A stretch of 63,103 nucleotides of DNA, filler included, from Acidimicrobiia bacterium (GTDB lineage Bacteria; Actinomycetota; Acidimicrobiia; Spongiisociales; SHLN01), in assembly GCA_041619515.1 (NCBI GenBank). It is 4 parts of 4 records of this genome, joined end to end, with 100 filler letters (N's around TTAATTAATTAA, not from the genome) between each part and the next. Parts side by side here need not be neighbours in the genome. Positions count along the whole stretch, not along the records: positions 1 to 18,081 come from JBFKDW010000065.1; 3 more parts are not named here. The stretch is one strand, 5' to 3'. The translations under genes and the position numbers were made by a program. The notes under the pieces are model-generated. The model was not told the origin of the DNA. It did no database searches and saw only the letters and a program-made list of their open reading frames with translations. Shown piece by piece: positions 1-9,129 of the stretch (positions within the stretch are counted from its first letter, which is position 1; the number at the start of each line of letters is the position of its first letter).

Positions 1-375
1 GTCGCCGACGCCCCCCACCTGGGCGGCCGCTGGCAGAGCTTCTACCGGGAGACCGACTACATCGGCAAGGCGATCTTCGTCGACCCGGAGATCGGCCTCA
101 CCATCCACGGCACCTTCCACCGCAACCACGCCACCGGGAGCACCGAGGTTCCCGCCGACTGGGCACGCCCGGACGGGCGACCTCCACCTCCCGACAATTC
201 TCTCGTGGATCCCAGCGAGCCGCTGGGCGAAATGCGCCGGCACTCCGAATACGACCAGGAACCGGAGGTCGTCGCTCAAATCAGCGAGTTCGTGCGGGAG
301 CTCAGGTCGGCGCCGAGCTCCGAATCAGCCGCTCCACCAGACGGGGACGCTCGATCATCGGAAGATGAGCGGTAG
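1..375 (+). CDS. 3' end of a hypothetical protein, truncated by the window edge
   Basis: Frame 1 is open from base 1 to TAG at 373-375 (…GGRWQSFYRETDYIGKAIF…HSEY…). Not in the ORF track because there is no start codon. Confidence 0.55.
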   Translation, partial: VADAPHLGGRWQSFYRETDYIGKAIFVDPEIGLTIHGTFHRNHATGSTEVPADWARPDGRPPPPDNSLVDPSEPLGEMRRHSEYDQEPEVVAQISEFVRELRSAPSSESAAPPDGDARSSEDER

Positions 376-1243
376 CCGCCAGCACGTGCAGCTCCCCCCC
401 TCCGGCGAGCTCGAGATACCGCCTGCCGTCTTCAACGGTCGTGATCGGGTCGCGCTCGCCGATGATCATCATCACCGGCACGGCAGTCCCGGGGTAGACG
501 GCGGCTGCCTCGTAGTCCCTGCCGTTGCGGGCCGCGCCCACCGTCTTGCCGTTGCCGAGGTCGGCAAACAAGAGCTCCGCCAGCGGGGTGTCGAGCCGGT
601 CGACCCGGTACACAAAGCCGCCCAGTAGCCGCCGCCGCCAGGTAGCCGACTGCAACAGCCGTGGTATCCACACCCGGCGCCCCGGCAGGAGGCCGACCGC
701 CATCGCGCCGCTCATGGCGAACGCCTGCGAACGGTGCTCGCGTAAGGCCTCGATCGGCTCGTCGAGCAGAGTGATAGCCCCCAGGGGAGGCCCGGCAACG
801 TTGACGGCAGCGGCAACCGAACCGGACGCCACCGCGGCCACATGAGCGCTCACGAGGGCACCCATGCTGTGGCCGACGATGACCGGCCGGGCCTCCGGGC
901 ACCGCTTCGCAACGAAGTCGACGATCACCTCCGTGACCCTCTCAATGCTCGTGTCGGCGAACCCGCCTTCGGACTCGCCAAAGCCGGGAAGGTCGAGCAG
1001 CAAGCACCGATAGTCTGCCGCCAGCTCGGCGGCGGTCGGCACCCACATGTTCAGCGAGTTGCCGATGCCGTGGACGAAAACCAGCGGGGCCCCGGACTCT
1101 CCAAACTGCATGTGCCGTATCCGCACACCGCCGAACAGGTCGAATGAGCTCAGCGCCCGGAGATCGAGCCGCCGCCAGGCATCGAGGTTGTCCCCCTCGC
1201 CCGGCTCCGCTTCCGGGTGATTGACGACGATCGGCGCACCCAT
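302..1243 (-). CDS. alpha/beta fold hydrolase
   Basis: VFVHGIG, LDLPGFGES, nucleophile GHSMG, GERD and a C-terminal AHLPMIE His. Confidence 0.85.
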   Translation of the reverse strand: MGAPIVVNHPEAEPGEGDNLDAWRRLDLRALSSFDLFGGVRIRHMQFGESGAPLVFVHGIGNSLNMWVPTAAELAADYRCLLLDLPGFGESEGGFADTSIERVTEVIVDFVAKRCPEARPVIVGHSMGALVSAHVAAVASGSVAAAVNVAGPPLGAITLLDEPIEALREHRSQAFAMSGAMAVGLLPGRRVWIPRLLQSATWRRRLLGGFVYRVDRLDTPLAELLFADLGNGKTVGAARNGRDYEAAAVYPGTAVPVMMIIGERDPITTVEDGRRYLELAGGGELHVLAATAHLPMIERPRLVERLIRSSAPT

Positions 1244-1298
1244 GGGTCAACTCTACGGAGCCGGCACCAGGCACTGTGCTGGTGGAAACGCGGAAGCC

Positions 1299-2534
1299 TC
1301 AGCCGGCGCCGATGAGCTCGTCGTGCACCACCACCTCGCCGTGGAGTGTCTTGTGCACGGGGCAGCGGGATGCGATTTCGAGGAGCCGCCGTCGCTGATC
1401 GACGTCGAGCGGCCCCCGGACGTCGATCTCCCGCCTGATCTCGTCGATGAGCCCGTCCTCGGTCTCGCACTCGGCGCAGTCGCGGGCGTGGACCTTGCGG
1501 TGGCTCAGCCGCACGGTCACCGACTCCAGCGGCCACCCCTTCCTGTCGGCGTACATGCGCAGCGTCATGGCGGTGCAGCTCCCGAGGGCGGTCAGCAGGT
1601 AGTCGTAGGGGGTGGGCCCGGTGTTGGTCCCCCCGACCGAGGCGGGCTCGTCGGCGATCAGCGGGAACCCGTTGGAGAGGATGTCGGTGCGGAACCCCTC
1701 CTCGATGCGCACCACGGTCACGCTCTCGGGGGCATCGAGCAAGAAGTCGGGCTGCGAGGACGCCGTGAGGTCTCCGGACAGGTACCGGCCGCCCCAGGAG
1801 GCGATCACCTCGGCGGCGTACCGGGCATCGGCATCGTTCGAGATGAGATGGTCGGCCGTGTCGAGGGAGATGAAGCTCTTGGGATGGCGAGCCCATTCGA
1901 GGATCTTGGCGGCGTTCTCGACGCCGACGGTGTTGTCGATCGGAGAGTGGAGGACGAGCAGCGGGCGGCCGAGAGCTTTGACGATGGGGCCGAGGTCCAC
2001 GGCGGCGAGGTCGTCCAAGAGCTGTTTGCGGATGGTGAATGGCCTGCCCGCCACAGTGACGTCGGCCTCGCCGTCGGCTTCGATGGCCGCCAGGTCGTCG
2101 GAGATGTGACGCGTGATGTGCTCCGGCGAGGCCGGGGCGGCGATGGTGGCGACCGCCCGCAGCGAGTCGACCGCCGAGGTGGCGGCCAGCGCAACCGCGC
2201 CTCCCAGCGAATGGCCGATCAGCAGCTCGGGCTCGGCAAACTCACTTTCGAGGAACCCGGCGGCGGCAACCACGTCCGAGACGTTGGTCGTGAAATTGGT
2301 GTCGGCGAAATCGCCTTCGCTGCCCCCGAGGCCGGAGAAATCGAACCGGAGCGTGGCGATCCCGCGGAGGGCGAGTGTTTGCGTGATCCGCCCGATCGCC
2401 CGCAGATTCTTCGAGCACGTAAAGCAGTGGGCGTAGAGGGCATACGCCACCGGCGGGCCGCTCAGCGGATAATCGATCCGGCCGGCGAGGGTGAGCCCCT
2501 CGGCATTTGGGAACGTGACGTTTTCGGACCGCAT
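1299..2534 (-). CDS. bifunctional alpha/beta hydrolase / OsmC family protein
   Basis: AHCFTCSK and GHSLGG hydrolase domain; OsmC domain with ALGSC…RCPVH. Start reassigned to ATG 2534 (MRSENVTF). Confidence 0.9.
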   Translation of the reverse strand: MRSENVTFPNAEGLTLAGRIDYPLSGPPVAYALYAHCFTCSKNLRAIGRITQTLALRGIATLRFDFSGLGGSEGDFADTNFTTNVSDVVAAAGFLESEFAEPELLIGHSLGGAVALAATSAVDSLRAVATIAAPASPEHITRHISDDLAAIEADGEADVTVAGRPFTIRKQLLDDLAAVDLGPIVKALGRPLLVLHSPIDNTVGVENAAKILEWARHPKSFISLDTADHLISNDADARYAAEVIASWGGRYLSGDLTASSQPDFLLDAPESVTVVRIEEGFRTDILSNGFPLIADEPASVGGTNTGPTPYDYLLTALGSCTAMTLRMYADRKGWPLESVTVRLSHRKVHARDCAECETEDGLIDEIRREIDVRGPLDVDQRRRLLEIASRCPVHKTLHGEVVVHDELIGAG

Positions 2535-2569
2535 GTCATCCAGGTTGCCACACCGGCGGGTGCACCCCA
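2446..2569 (+). repeat. repeat A (5' end and promoter of the hydrolase/OsmC gene), direct copy at 4185-4308
   Basis: 124-bp direct repeat aligned by eye; a few substitutions and indels. Confidence 0.95.
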
Positions 2570-3040
2570 ACGACCGCGCTTGGTTCAACGCTGATGTTGG
2601 CGTGGCCGGCGTGGAGTGGCTGCGGGCGGCCGATGAGATCGTCGCCACGCCATACATGGACTGGTTCGCCGGCTTCTTCGACTTTCAGCTAGGCAGATTC
2701 GATGTGACCGCCGAGCGCATGGCCTGGGCGATGGAGGGGTTTGCCGCCCTCGGCGACGAGGATGGTGTGGCCCGTGCTCAGGAATTCAGAGGGGCGGTTA
2801 CCGAGGATCTCGACGAGGGTCGAGCCCTGCTCGAGGCCGCCGCCCACTATTTCACCACCCATGCTCGGGGGTCAGCAAGTTCCTGCCCCTGCTGTTTCTC
2901 AGCATCAACTCGGTGATGCGGGGAGACATCGAGGAGGCGACGGAGCTGAGGCGCGAGCTGCTCACGTGGGCAGAACGAGCCGAATACCGGGTGCTCATCG
3001 CATGGGGCCATAGGAACCTTGGTGAGCGACCAGTCCTGAT
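2570..3040 (+). pseudogene. frameshifted fragment of a TPR-like helical protein
   Basis: TPR-like peptides in different frames (…[32 protein letters not shown]… and …RGDIEEATELRRELL…IAWGHRNLG) with no credible start. Confidence 0.5.
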
Positions 3041-3067
3041 TCGTCACGTGGCGGCTAACGTCCCACT

Positions 3068-3343
3068 GTGGCTGTCATTACGGTTCAACACGAGGCCGGG
3101 GACCGATATCTGGTGGTGGTGCAGGACGGGGGCAGTAGCTCGCAGCACCGGGTGACCGTGCGCCCCGCCGAGCTCGAGGATCTGGGCGGTGACGCCTCGG
3201 TGGAGGAGTTGATCGAGGCATCATTCGAGTTCCTGCTGGAGCGGGAACCCAAGGAGTCGATCCTTTCGGAGTTCGAGCTGCCGGTAATCGGCCGGTACTT
3301 CCCCGATTACCCGGCCGACATTCGCCGGCGGTTGGCAGGCTGA
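3068..3343 (+). CDS. conserved hypothetical small protein
   Basis: SFEFLLEREPKESILSEFELPVIGRYFPDY; TAACGT 6 nt before the GTG start. Confidence 0.8.
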   Translation: MAVITVQHEAGDRYLVVVQDGGSSSQHRVTVRPAELEDLGGDASVEELIEASFEFLLEREPKESILSEFELPVIGRYFPDYPADIRRRLAG

Positions 3344-3615
3344 TGGCCGGGGACGGCGTCGAGATCAGGGCCGTCTTCGCCGCGGAGGGCCTGGAGCCTC
3401 GCGCGTGGTCCAACCGGGCCGGCTATCGGTACGGCTGGCACGAGCATCCGTATCACAAAGTGCTCTATTGCGTGAAAGGCTCGATCACCTTCCATACCGA
3501 CGATGGTGATCTCGAACTGAGCACCGGTGATCGGCTTGATCTACCGCCCCGGACGCGGCATGCCGCCACCGTAGGTTCCACCGGCGTCACCTGTTTGGAA
3601 GCCGCCCGAACCTAG
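3343..3615 (+). CDS. cupin domain protein
   Basis: WHEHPYHKVLYCVKGSITF…GDRLDLPPRTRHAA; TGATG coupling to the upstream gene. Confidence 0.85.
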   Translation: MAGDGVEIRAVFAAEGLEPRAWSNRAGYRYGWHEHPYHKVLYCVKGSITFHTDDGDLELSTGDRLDLPPRTRHAATVGSTGVTCLEAART

Positions 3616-4031
3616 GTCGGTTTGAGCAACACGATCGGGATCTCTCGTCCGGTGCGGCGTTGATACGCCTCGTAGCCCCGGTACGCCCGCTGAGCTCGCC
3701 CCCACCAGAGCGCCCGCTCATCCGCCTCGGCGATGCGAGCGATCACCTCTCGCCTGGACCCATCGACATCCACAGTTGCGGCCGGATGGGCGATCAGGTT
3801 GAGGTACCAGTCAGGGTGGTAGTCCCTCCCGCCCCACGAGGCGATGACGACCACCGTGTCGCCGTCCTCCAGGTACAGCAGCGGCACCGTGTGCGCCTTG
3901 CCTGAGGTACGCCCACGGGTCGTGAGCAACAGCATGTCGTTGGCCACCAGACGATTTCCGACCCGGCCCCGGGTTGCCCGGTACAGCATGGCGTGGAGCC
4001 GGGACAGGCGGCGGGCGGTGGCATCTCTCAC
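3612..4031 (-). CDS. deazaflavin (F420)-dependent nitroreductase family protein
   Basis: LLLTTRGRTSG, ASWGG…HPDWYLNL, YQRRTGREIPIV. Confidence 0.9.
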   Translation of the reverse strand: MRDATARRLSRLHAMLYRATRGRVGNRLVANDMLLLTTRGRTSGKAHTVPLLYLEDGDTVVVIASWGGRDYHPDWYLNLIAHPAATVDVDGSRREVIARIAEADERALWWGRAQRAYRGYEAYQRRTGREIPIVLLKPT

Positions 4032-4079
4032 GCCAACAGTCTGCCTGTTTCTGAAGCCGCCCACATCGGCCGGGATGTC

Positions 4080-4308
4080 GGTAGGTTTGGGGGTGTCGTG
4101 GAGGGGTCAGATATGGCGCTTGCGGTATCGGTACCGGAACAGACGAGGGTCAAGGCGGGTGAGACGGCGGTCATAACCGCCGAGGCCACCGGCGGGCCGC
4201 TCAGCGGATAATCGATACGGCCGGCGAGGGTGAGCCCCTCGGCATCGGGAACGTGACGTTTTCGGAATGCATTGCCGCCCAGGTTGCCACACCGGCGGGT
4301 GCACCCCA
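4080..4308 (+). repeat. chimeric repeat B'|A': 4080-4195 copies 6297-6412 and 4185-4308 copies 2446-2569
   Basis: The two copies overlap at GCCACCGGCGG (4185-4195); B' differs from B at one base (C4108 vs G6325). Confidence 0.95.
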
Positions 4309-4420
4309 GGATCGTGCCGGGGCGCCGGCGGCTGCTTCGCTTCCCGATTCCTCCAGCCGGCCCTAGCCTGTTCTCCCAACCGGACCTCGTTTCCGCCCGT
4401 TCGTCCCAGGGGACCACTCC

Positions 4421-5308
4421 ATGTCGAATCTCTACCAGCGAACCCTGTCTTTGGCCGGCCTGGATGTCGCCGCCCGCTCAGTCGAGGACCTTCGTTCGCT
4501 GGTCGGTGAGATCCTCTCGGCCACCATCCATGGTGTCTGCTTCAGCCCGTACGTAGAGGGCCAGGGCCCGGGCACCGAAGTGGAGGAATCCCAGATCCGT
4601 GAGCGTCTGAGCATCATCCGGCCATACGTGCGGTGGATTCGGTCATTCTCCTCGACCGAGGGCAACCAGCGGATTCCGGCGATCGCAGCCGAGCTCGGCC
4701 TGGAGACCATGGTGGGTGTCTGGCTGGACGCCGATCTCGAGCACAACGAGATCGAGCTCGCCAATGGGATCGAGATCGCCCGGGCAGGTCATGCCGGAAT
4801 AATGGCGGTGGGCAACGAGGTGCTGTTGCGGGGCGAACTGGCCGAAGAGCAGCTCATCGAATACGTGCAGCGGGTCAAGGAGGCGGTCCCGGAGGTGGAG
4901 GTCGGCTATGTCGACGCCTACTTCAAATTCGTCGACCATCCCCGAGTGACCGAAGCGTGCGACGTCATCCTCGCCAATTGCTATCCCTTCTGGGAGGGAT
5001 GCCCGGCCGAGCACGCCCTGCTGTACATCAAGGAGATGTATCGCCGCGCTTCGCAGGCCGCCGGCGGCAAGAAGGTCATCGTCTCCGAGACCGGCTGGCC
5101 CAACATCGGCACAGCCGAACAGGGGGCGGTGCCTTCGTTCGAGAATGCCATCAAGTACTTCGTCGATGCCTACCGGTGGGCCGAAGAGGACGGCATCGAG
5201 ATCTTCTACTTCTCGGCGTTCGACGAAGCCTGGAAGGTGCACGCCGAAGGCGACGTGGGCGCCTACTGGGGCCTGTGGGACAAGGACGGGAATCCCAAGT
5301 ATGTCTGA
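4421..5308 (+). CDS. glycoside hydrolase family 17 (beta-1,3-glucanase/glucosidase)
   Basis: AVGNEV acid/base, VSETGWP nucleophile, FDEAWK…WGLWD. Confidence 0.9.
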   Translation: MSNLYQRTLSLAGLDVAARSVEDLRSLVGEILSATIHGVCFSPYVEGQGPGTEVEESQIRERLSIIRPYVRWIRSFSSTEGNQRIPAIAAELGLETMVGVWLDADLEHNEIELANGIEIARAGHAGIMAVGNEVLLRGELAEEQLIEYVQRVKEAVPEVEVGYVDAYFKFVDHPRVTEACDVILANCYPFWEGCPAEHALLYIKEMYRRASQAAGGKKVIVSETGWPNIGTAEQGAVPSFENAIKYFVDAYRWAEEDGIEIFYFSAFDEAWKVHAEGDVGAYWGLWDKDGNPKYV

Positions 5309-6257
5309 GGAGCGGCAACACCCGCCCCGGCTGTTCCCCCACGGCAACGCCATTTGCTATTCGGGGTACCGACAGGGCCAGAGCCCACGCACCGGCGACT
5401 ACCCATCGTACGAGCAGGTGGCTGAAGACTTGCACATCCTGTCGAAGAACTGGGACTACCTCCGGCTGTACGACGCCAGCCGGCATGCCGAGATCGTGCT
5501 CGATGTCATCGAGCGTGAAGGCCACGATTTCAAGGTCATGCTCGGTGTGGATTTTGGTGCGGAGCTGAGCAATCCGAACTGCCCGTGGGACGCCGATTTC
5601 AGCGAGGCAACACTCTCTGCCAACCGGCGGCACAACGACGCCCAGGTCGACGAGGCCATCGTGCTCGCCAACCGGTACCCCGACATCGTGTTCTCCATCG
5701 GCGTTGGCAACGAGGCGGCGGTCGAATGGACCGACCATCTGGTGCCGGTCGACCGCCTCATCGAGGCAGTGCGCAAGACCAGGCGAGCGGTCGAGCAGCC
5801 GGTTACGACCTGCGACAACTACGTTCCCTGGACCAACACACTCGAGCCCCTCGCAGCCGAGGTCGACTTCATTTCGGTGCACACCTATCCGGTCTGGGAG
5901 TTCCAACCGATCGAGGACGCTCTCGAATACTCCCAGGAGAACTACTACGCCGTTGCCGGCCGCTACCCGGGCAAACAGGTGGTCATCACCGAGGCCGGGT
6001 GGACGACGGCATCGAATGGACGGGGGATCGAGCCCGTCAACGCTTCCGAAGAGCTCCAGGCTCGCTACTACCGGGAGCTGCTGGCTTGGACCACCCGCGA
6101 GCAGATCCTGACGTTTGTCTTCGAGGCTTTCGACGAGCCGTGGAAGGGCTCGCCGGATCCCCTGGAACCGGAGAAACATTGGGGCCTGTTCAAGCTCGAT
6201 CGCACCCCCAAGCTGGCGATGCACGAGCTCTACGCCGACCTGGTCCCGAGGCCATAG
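5301..6257 (+). CDS. glycoside hydrolase family 17, second copy
   Basis: AICYSGYR, VGNEA, ITEAGW, FDEPWK…EKHWGLF; ATG 5301 overlaps the upstream stop. Confidence 0.9.
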   Translation: MSEERQHPPRLFPHGNAICYSGYRQGQSPRTGDYPSYEQVAEDLHILSKNWDYLRLYDASRHAEIVLDVIEREGHDFKVMLGVDFGAELSNPNCPWDADFSEATLSANRRHNDAQVDEAIVLANRYPDIVFSIGVGNEAAVEWTDHLVPVDRLIEAVRKTRRAVEQPVTTCDNYVPWTNTLEPLAAEVDFISVHTYPVWEFQPIEDALEYSQENYYAVAGRYPGKQVVITEAGWTTASNGRGIEPVNASEELQARYYRELLAWTTREQILTFVFEAFDEPWKGSPDPLEPEKHWGLFKLDRTPKLAMHELYADLVPRP

Positions 6258-6296
6258 GTTCGGCTGCACTCATCCCGGCGCGCCGGGTTGGGCCCA

Positions 6297-6412
6297 GGTA
6301 GGTTTGGGGGTGTCGTGGAGGGGTGAGATATGGCGCTTGCGGTATCGGTACCGGAACAGACGAGGGTCAAGGCGGGTGAGACGGCGGTCATAACCGCCGA
6401 GGCCACCGGCGG
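6297..6412 (+). repeat. repeat B (upstream region and first codons of the 6330 gene)
   Basis: 116 bp, one mismatch to 4080-4195. Confidence 0.95.
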
Positions 6413-7106
6413 TACTGAGCCGTACGCCTACACGTGGAAGTCCGGGGACAAGGACTTGTCGGGGACTTCCCGGACGCTGCAGGTGGTGGCGAAGCAGAGT
6501 GCCAACGGGGCGAAGATCTCGGTGACGGTCACGGACGCTTCCGACCCCAAACAGGAAGCGAGCGCCGAGACGATGCTGCATGTCGAGGAGCAGGAGAGCG
6601 ATTCGGAGTCCAACCTGCTGCTCTGGGAGGAAAAATACGCGAAACGCGCCGCCAAGGGGTTGACGTGGGTGCTGGTGATCCTGTTGATACCGATCTTTGT
6701 CCTGGCGTTCATCCTGTTGCTCGGCAAGGAGCGGGACTTCGCCGGCATTGTCGCCATCGAGCTGGTCGCGGTCGGGGCAGCTCTGGGGGCGGCGGGCGTG
6801 TACATGGCGGTGGTCGAGCTGCGCGGCCGTGCCTACACGTTCGATCAGCTCAAGCAGGTCCACAAAGGCGACGACCAGGCCGATCTGGCTGCGATCGTCA
6901 AAGACTTGCCGAAGGCGATCGAGTCCTTCGGCAAGATCGGTGGGAGAGCCGCCGTGCTGTTCACGGCCATCGTCTGTTTCGTGGCCGCGGCCTGGATCGG
7001 GGTGACGGAAGCCGACCAGAGCAGTGGCACGACGACTACCACCGTGTCGACATCGACGTCGACGACGATGCCGACCACGACGACCCTCAGCCCGCCGACT
7101 ACCTAG
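6330..7106 (+). CDS. membrane protein with N-terminal Ig/PKD-like domain, three TM helices and a Thr-rich tail
   Basis: GGTEPYAYTW…VTVTDA beta-sandwich signature; hydrophobic segments; GGAGG RBS. Confidence 0.75.
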   Translation: MALAVSVPEQTRVKAGETAVITAEATGGTEPYAYTWKSGDKDLSGTSRTLQVVAKQSANGAKISVTVTDASDPKQEASAETMLHVEEQESDSESNLLLWEEKYAKRAAKGLTWVLVILLIPIFVLAFILLLGKERDFAGIVAIELVAVGAALGAAGVYMAVVELRGRAYTFDQLKQVHKGDDQADLAAIVKDLPKAIESFGKIGGRAAVLFTAIVCFVAAAWIGVTEADQSSGTTTTTVSTSTSTTMPTTTTLSPPTT

Positions 7107-7117
7107 CCGGAGAGCTG

Positions 7118-8080
7118 GTGGCGCCGATAATCATCCACGTGCGGCTCGTCGACCAGCCGGACGGCGTCGCGCCGATGGTGGAGTGGCTCGAGGTTATTTT
7201 CGGCAACGCCGGGTTGGCGGTCCAAGTAGCACCACCCGCCGTGCTGGCGGCACCTCACCTCACAGATCTGGAGATCAACGCCTGCCAGACCGGGATGCCG
7301 CCGACGCTGCCCATGCTCGAGCTGTTCGCCCAGCGGAACGGAGCCGGGCCGGGTGATGTCGTGGTCTATTTCGTCCGGTCGACCATTCCTCCCTACTCGG
7401 GCTGTGCCGTGCACCCGCCCGGTTTCCCCGGTGCGGTGGTGGCCCGCGGCGCCAGCCTGTTCACCCTCGCCCACGAGGTGTGTCACGTGCTGGGCCTTGG
7501 CCATGTCTCGGACGAACACCGAATCATGCACACCCCGACGCTGCACATCGATCCGGTCCCCGTGCTCACGCCGGACGAGGCCCGAATCATCCGGGGCGAC
7601 ATGCCGGGTGCCCCGGAATCGTCGTTCAAGGATGAGAGCCCTCGCAGGCTCCCAACATTCGAAGCCGTCGATCTGGCGGCCGCACTCCAGGACGACGAGC
7701 CCGACTACGACTCGCTTGCCACGCTTGCCCCCGGTGCTCTGGACGGGCTCGCCTCCCTGGTCGAGACCGGTGACCCCCTGTTGGCCTCGAAAGCTGCCTA
7801 TCTGGCGGGACGGATCGCCGACCTCGGGTCACTCCCCGTCCTGGAGGCGGCGGCTCGGCGGCCGGAGGCGCAGGTGCGGGTGGCGGTAGCGGGTGTCGTC
7901 CGGCATCTGCAGGCCGCCGTGCCGGACTTCGGGGAGGATCCATTTGCCCTGGAGGCGAAGGGGCCGCGGGCGCCCGCGTCGAGCCCGCCGGCCTGGGCGC
8001 TGCTCGCCCGCCTTGCCAACGACCCGGACCCCGGAGTGAGGCGCGTCCTGGCATCGTCCCAGGCCTCCGGGAGGGAGTGA
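7118..8080 (+). CDS. metzincin-type zinc metallopeptidase fused to a HEAT-repeat domain
   Basis: HEVCHVLGLGH plus Met-turn (RIMH); C-terminal ASKAAYLAG…VRVAVA…DPDPGVR; GTG 7118 after GGAG. Confidence 0.75.
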   Translation: MAPIIIHVRLVDQPDGVAPMVEWLEVIFGNAGLAVQVAPPAVLAAPHLTDLEINACQTGMPPTLPMLELFAQRNGAGPGDVVVYFVRSTIPPYSGCAVHPPGFPGAVVARGASLFTLAHEVCHVLGLGHVSDEHRIMHTPTLHIDPVPVLTPDEARIIRGDMPGAPESSFKDESPRRLPTFEAVDLAAALQDDEPDYDSLATLAPGALDGLASLVETGDPLLASKAAYLAGRIADLGSLPVLEAAARRPEAQVRVAVAGVVRHLQAAVPDFGEDPFALEAKGPRAPASSPPAWALLARLANDPDPGVRRVLASSQASGRE

Positions 8081-8264
8081 TCGCGGTCGGCCCACCCTGC
8101 CGCCGGGCCAGCCGAGCCCGGCAACCCCCGCGCGCAGACCCGGCGCGGGCGCAGGCTGGTTTCTCGACGATATCGACGGTAACGTCGAACGACGACGGGG
8201 TTGGGCCCGACGACACGAATTGCCGCAGCCCACATTGTGTGCCCATCGGACGGAAAGGATTCCT

Positions 8265-8693
8265 ATGGCGGCCAACATCGACGATGCGACGCTGGATCGG
8301 CTGGCAGCCGCCGCTCGCCGGGCCCGCACCAATGCCTATGTGCCGTACTCGGGTTTCGACGCCGGGGCCGCGGTTCTGACGGCGACCGGTCACATCATCG
8401 CCGGGGCGCTGGTGGAGAACCTCGTCTTCGGGCTGGCGATGTGCGCCGAACGGGTCGCCCTGTTCCAGGCGGTGGTGGAGGGAGCGGGTCGCCCGGTCGC
8501 ATTGGCGCTGGCGGCGCCCGACACCGCCGGTGATGTCACGTTTCCCTGCGGGTCCTGCTTGCAGGTGGCGGCGGAGCTGGGCGGTATGGACATGGCCGTG
8601 GTGGCGATCCCACCCGACGACGGCGCTCCCGAGCAGCGCACCATCCGGCAACTGGCCCCCGGCCTGCCCCATCGCCGGACGCTGCTGACCTGA
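8265..8693 (+). CDS. cdd: cytidine deaminase
   Basis: AYVPYSGF, VEN, CAERVA and PCGSCLQ zinc motifs. Confidence 0.9.
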   Translation: MAANIDDATLDRLAAAARRARTNAYVPYSGFDAGAAVLTATGHIIAGALVENLVFGLAMCAERVALFQAVVEGAGRPVALALAAPDTAGDVTFPCGSCLQVAAELGGMDMAVVAIPPDDGAPEQRTIRQLAPGLPHRRTLLT

Positions 8694-8777
8694 CCGCCGG
8701 GGGCTGCCTGATGCGACCAATCGTGCGGGTAGGCCGTGTTTCGCGATGGCGGACGATTGCCTAGCAGTGACTCGAGG

Positions 8778-9125
8778 TCACCGTTCTCCGCCGGTGAAAC
8801 GGTTGACGCTGAGGGTCGGATGGCGTTCGAAGATCCTGGCGGCAGTGATGATGTCACGGCGGTGATCGCTGTGAACGCCGACGGCGACGTTGCCTTGCCG
8901 GATCGGGGGATCCGACTCGTCACCGGTGATCTCCTCGGCACCGTGTGCCTTCTTGTCGCCGGGGTCGGCCGGGTAGGCGCCGAGCAGAGCGATGCGGTCG
9001 GGTTCGATTCCGGCCGCTCTGAGGTCGTCCGCCAGGGTGGCGGCGCGCTCGAGCCCGTCGACGGCGGCGACGATGTTGTGTGCCCGCCGGGCCTCGGCCA
9101 GGGTCATGAGCGGAGCATCGGTCAT
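8778..9125 (-). CDS. hypothetical protein, general-stress (YflT-like) fold suspected
   Basis: Follows 9130-9378 by 4 nt; NIVAAV…DDLRAAGIEPDRI…GNVAVGVH pattern. Confidence 0.6.
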   Translation of the reverse strand: MTDAPLMTLAEARRAHNIVAAVDGLERAATLADDLRAAGIEPDRIALLGAYPADPGDKKAHGAEEITGDESDPPIRQGNVAVGVHSDHRRDIITAARIFERHPTLSVNRFTGGER

Positions 9126-9129
9126 CGGA

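Noticed and set aside
1221..2594. Long antisense or alternate-frame ORFs (also 33032-34243, 48451-50019, 52034-53680, 55507-56724)
   Set aside because: Shadows of real genes on the other strand, expected in high-GC DNA; no motifs of their own.
6434..7117. Long Arg/Gly-rich N-terminal extensions in the ORF track (also 23713-24810, 22509-22820, 45015-45794)
   Set aside because: They overlap bona fide neighbouring genes; better starts with an RBS, a -10 box or stop-start coupling lie downstream, so these are not fusions.
8081..8264. Possible riboswitch upstream of cytidine deaminase
   Set aside because: I could not match purine, ZTP or guanidine riboswitch consensus by eye; an Rfam/Infernal search would be needed.
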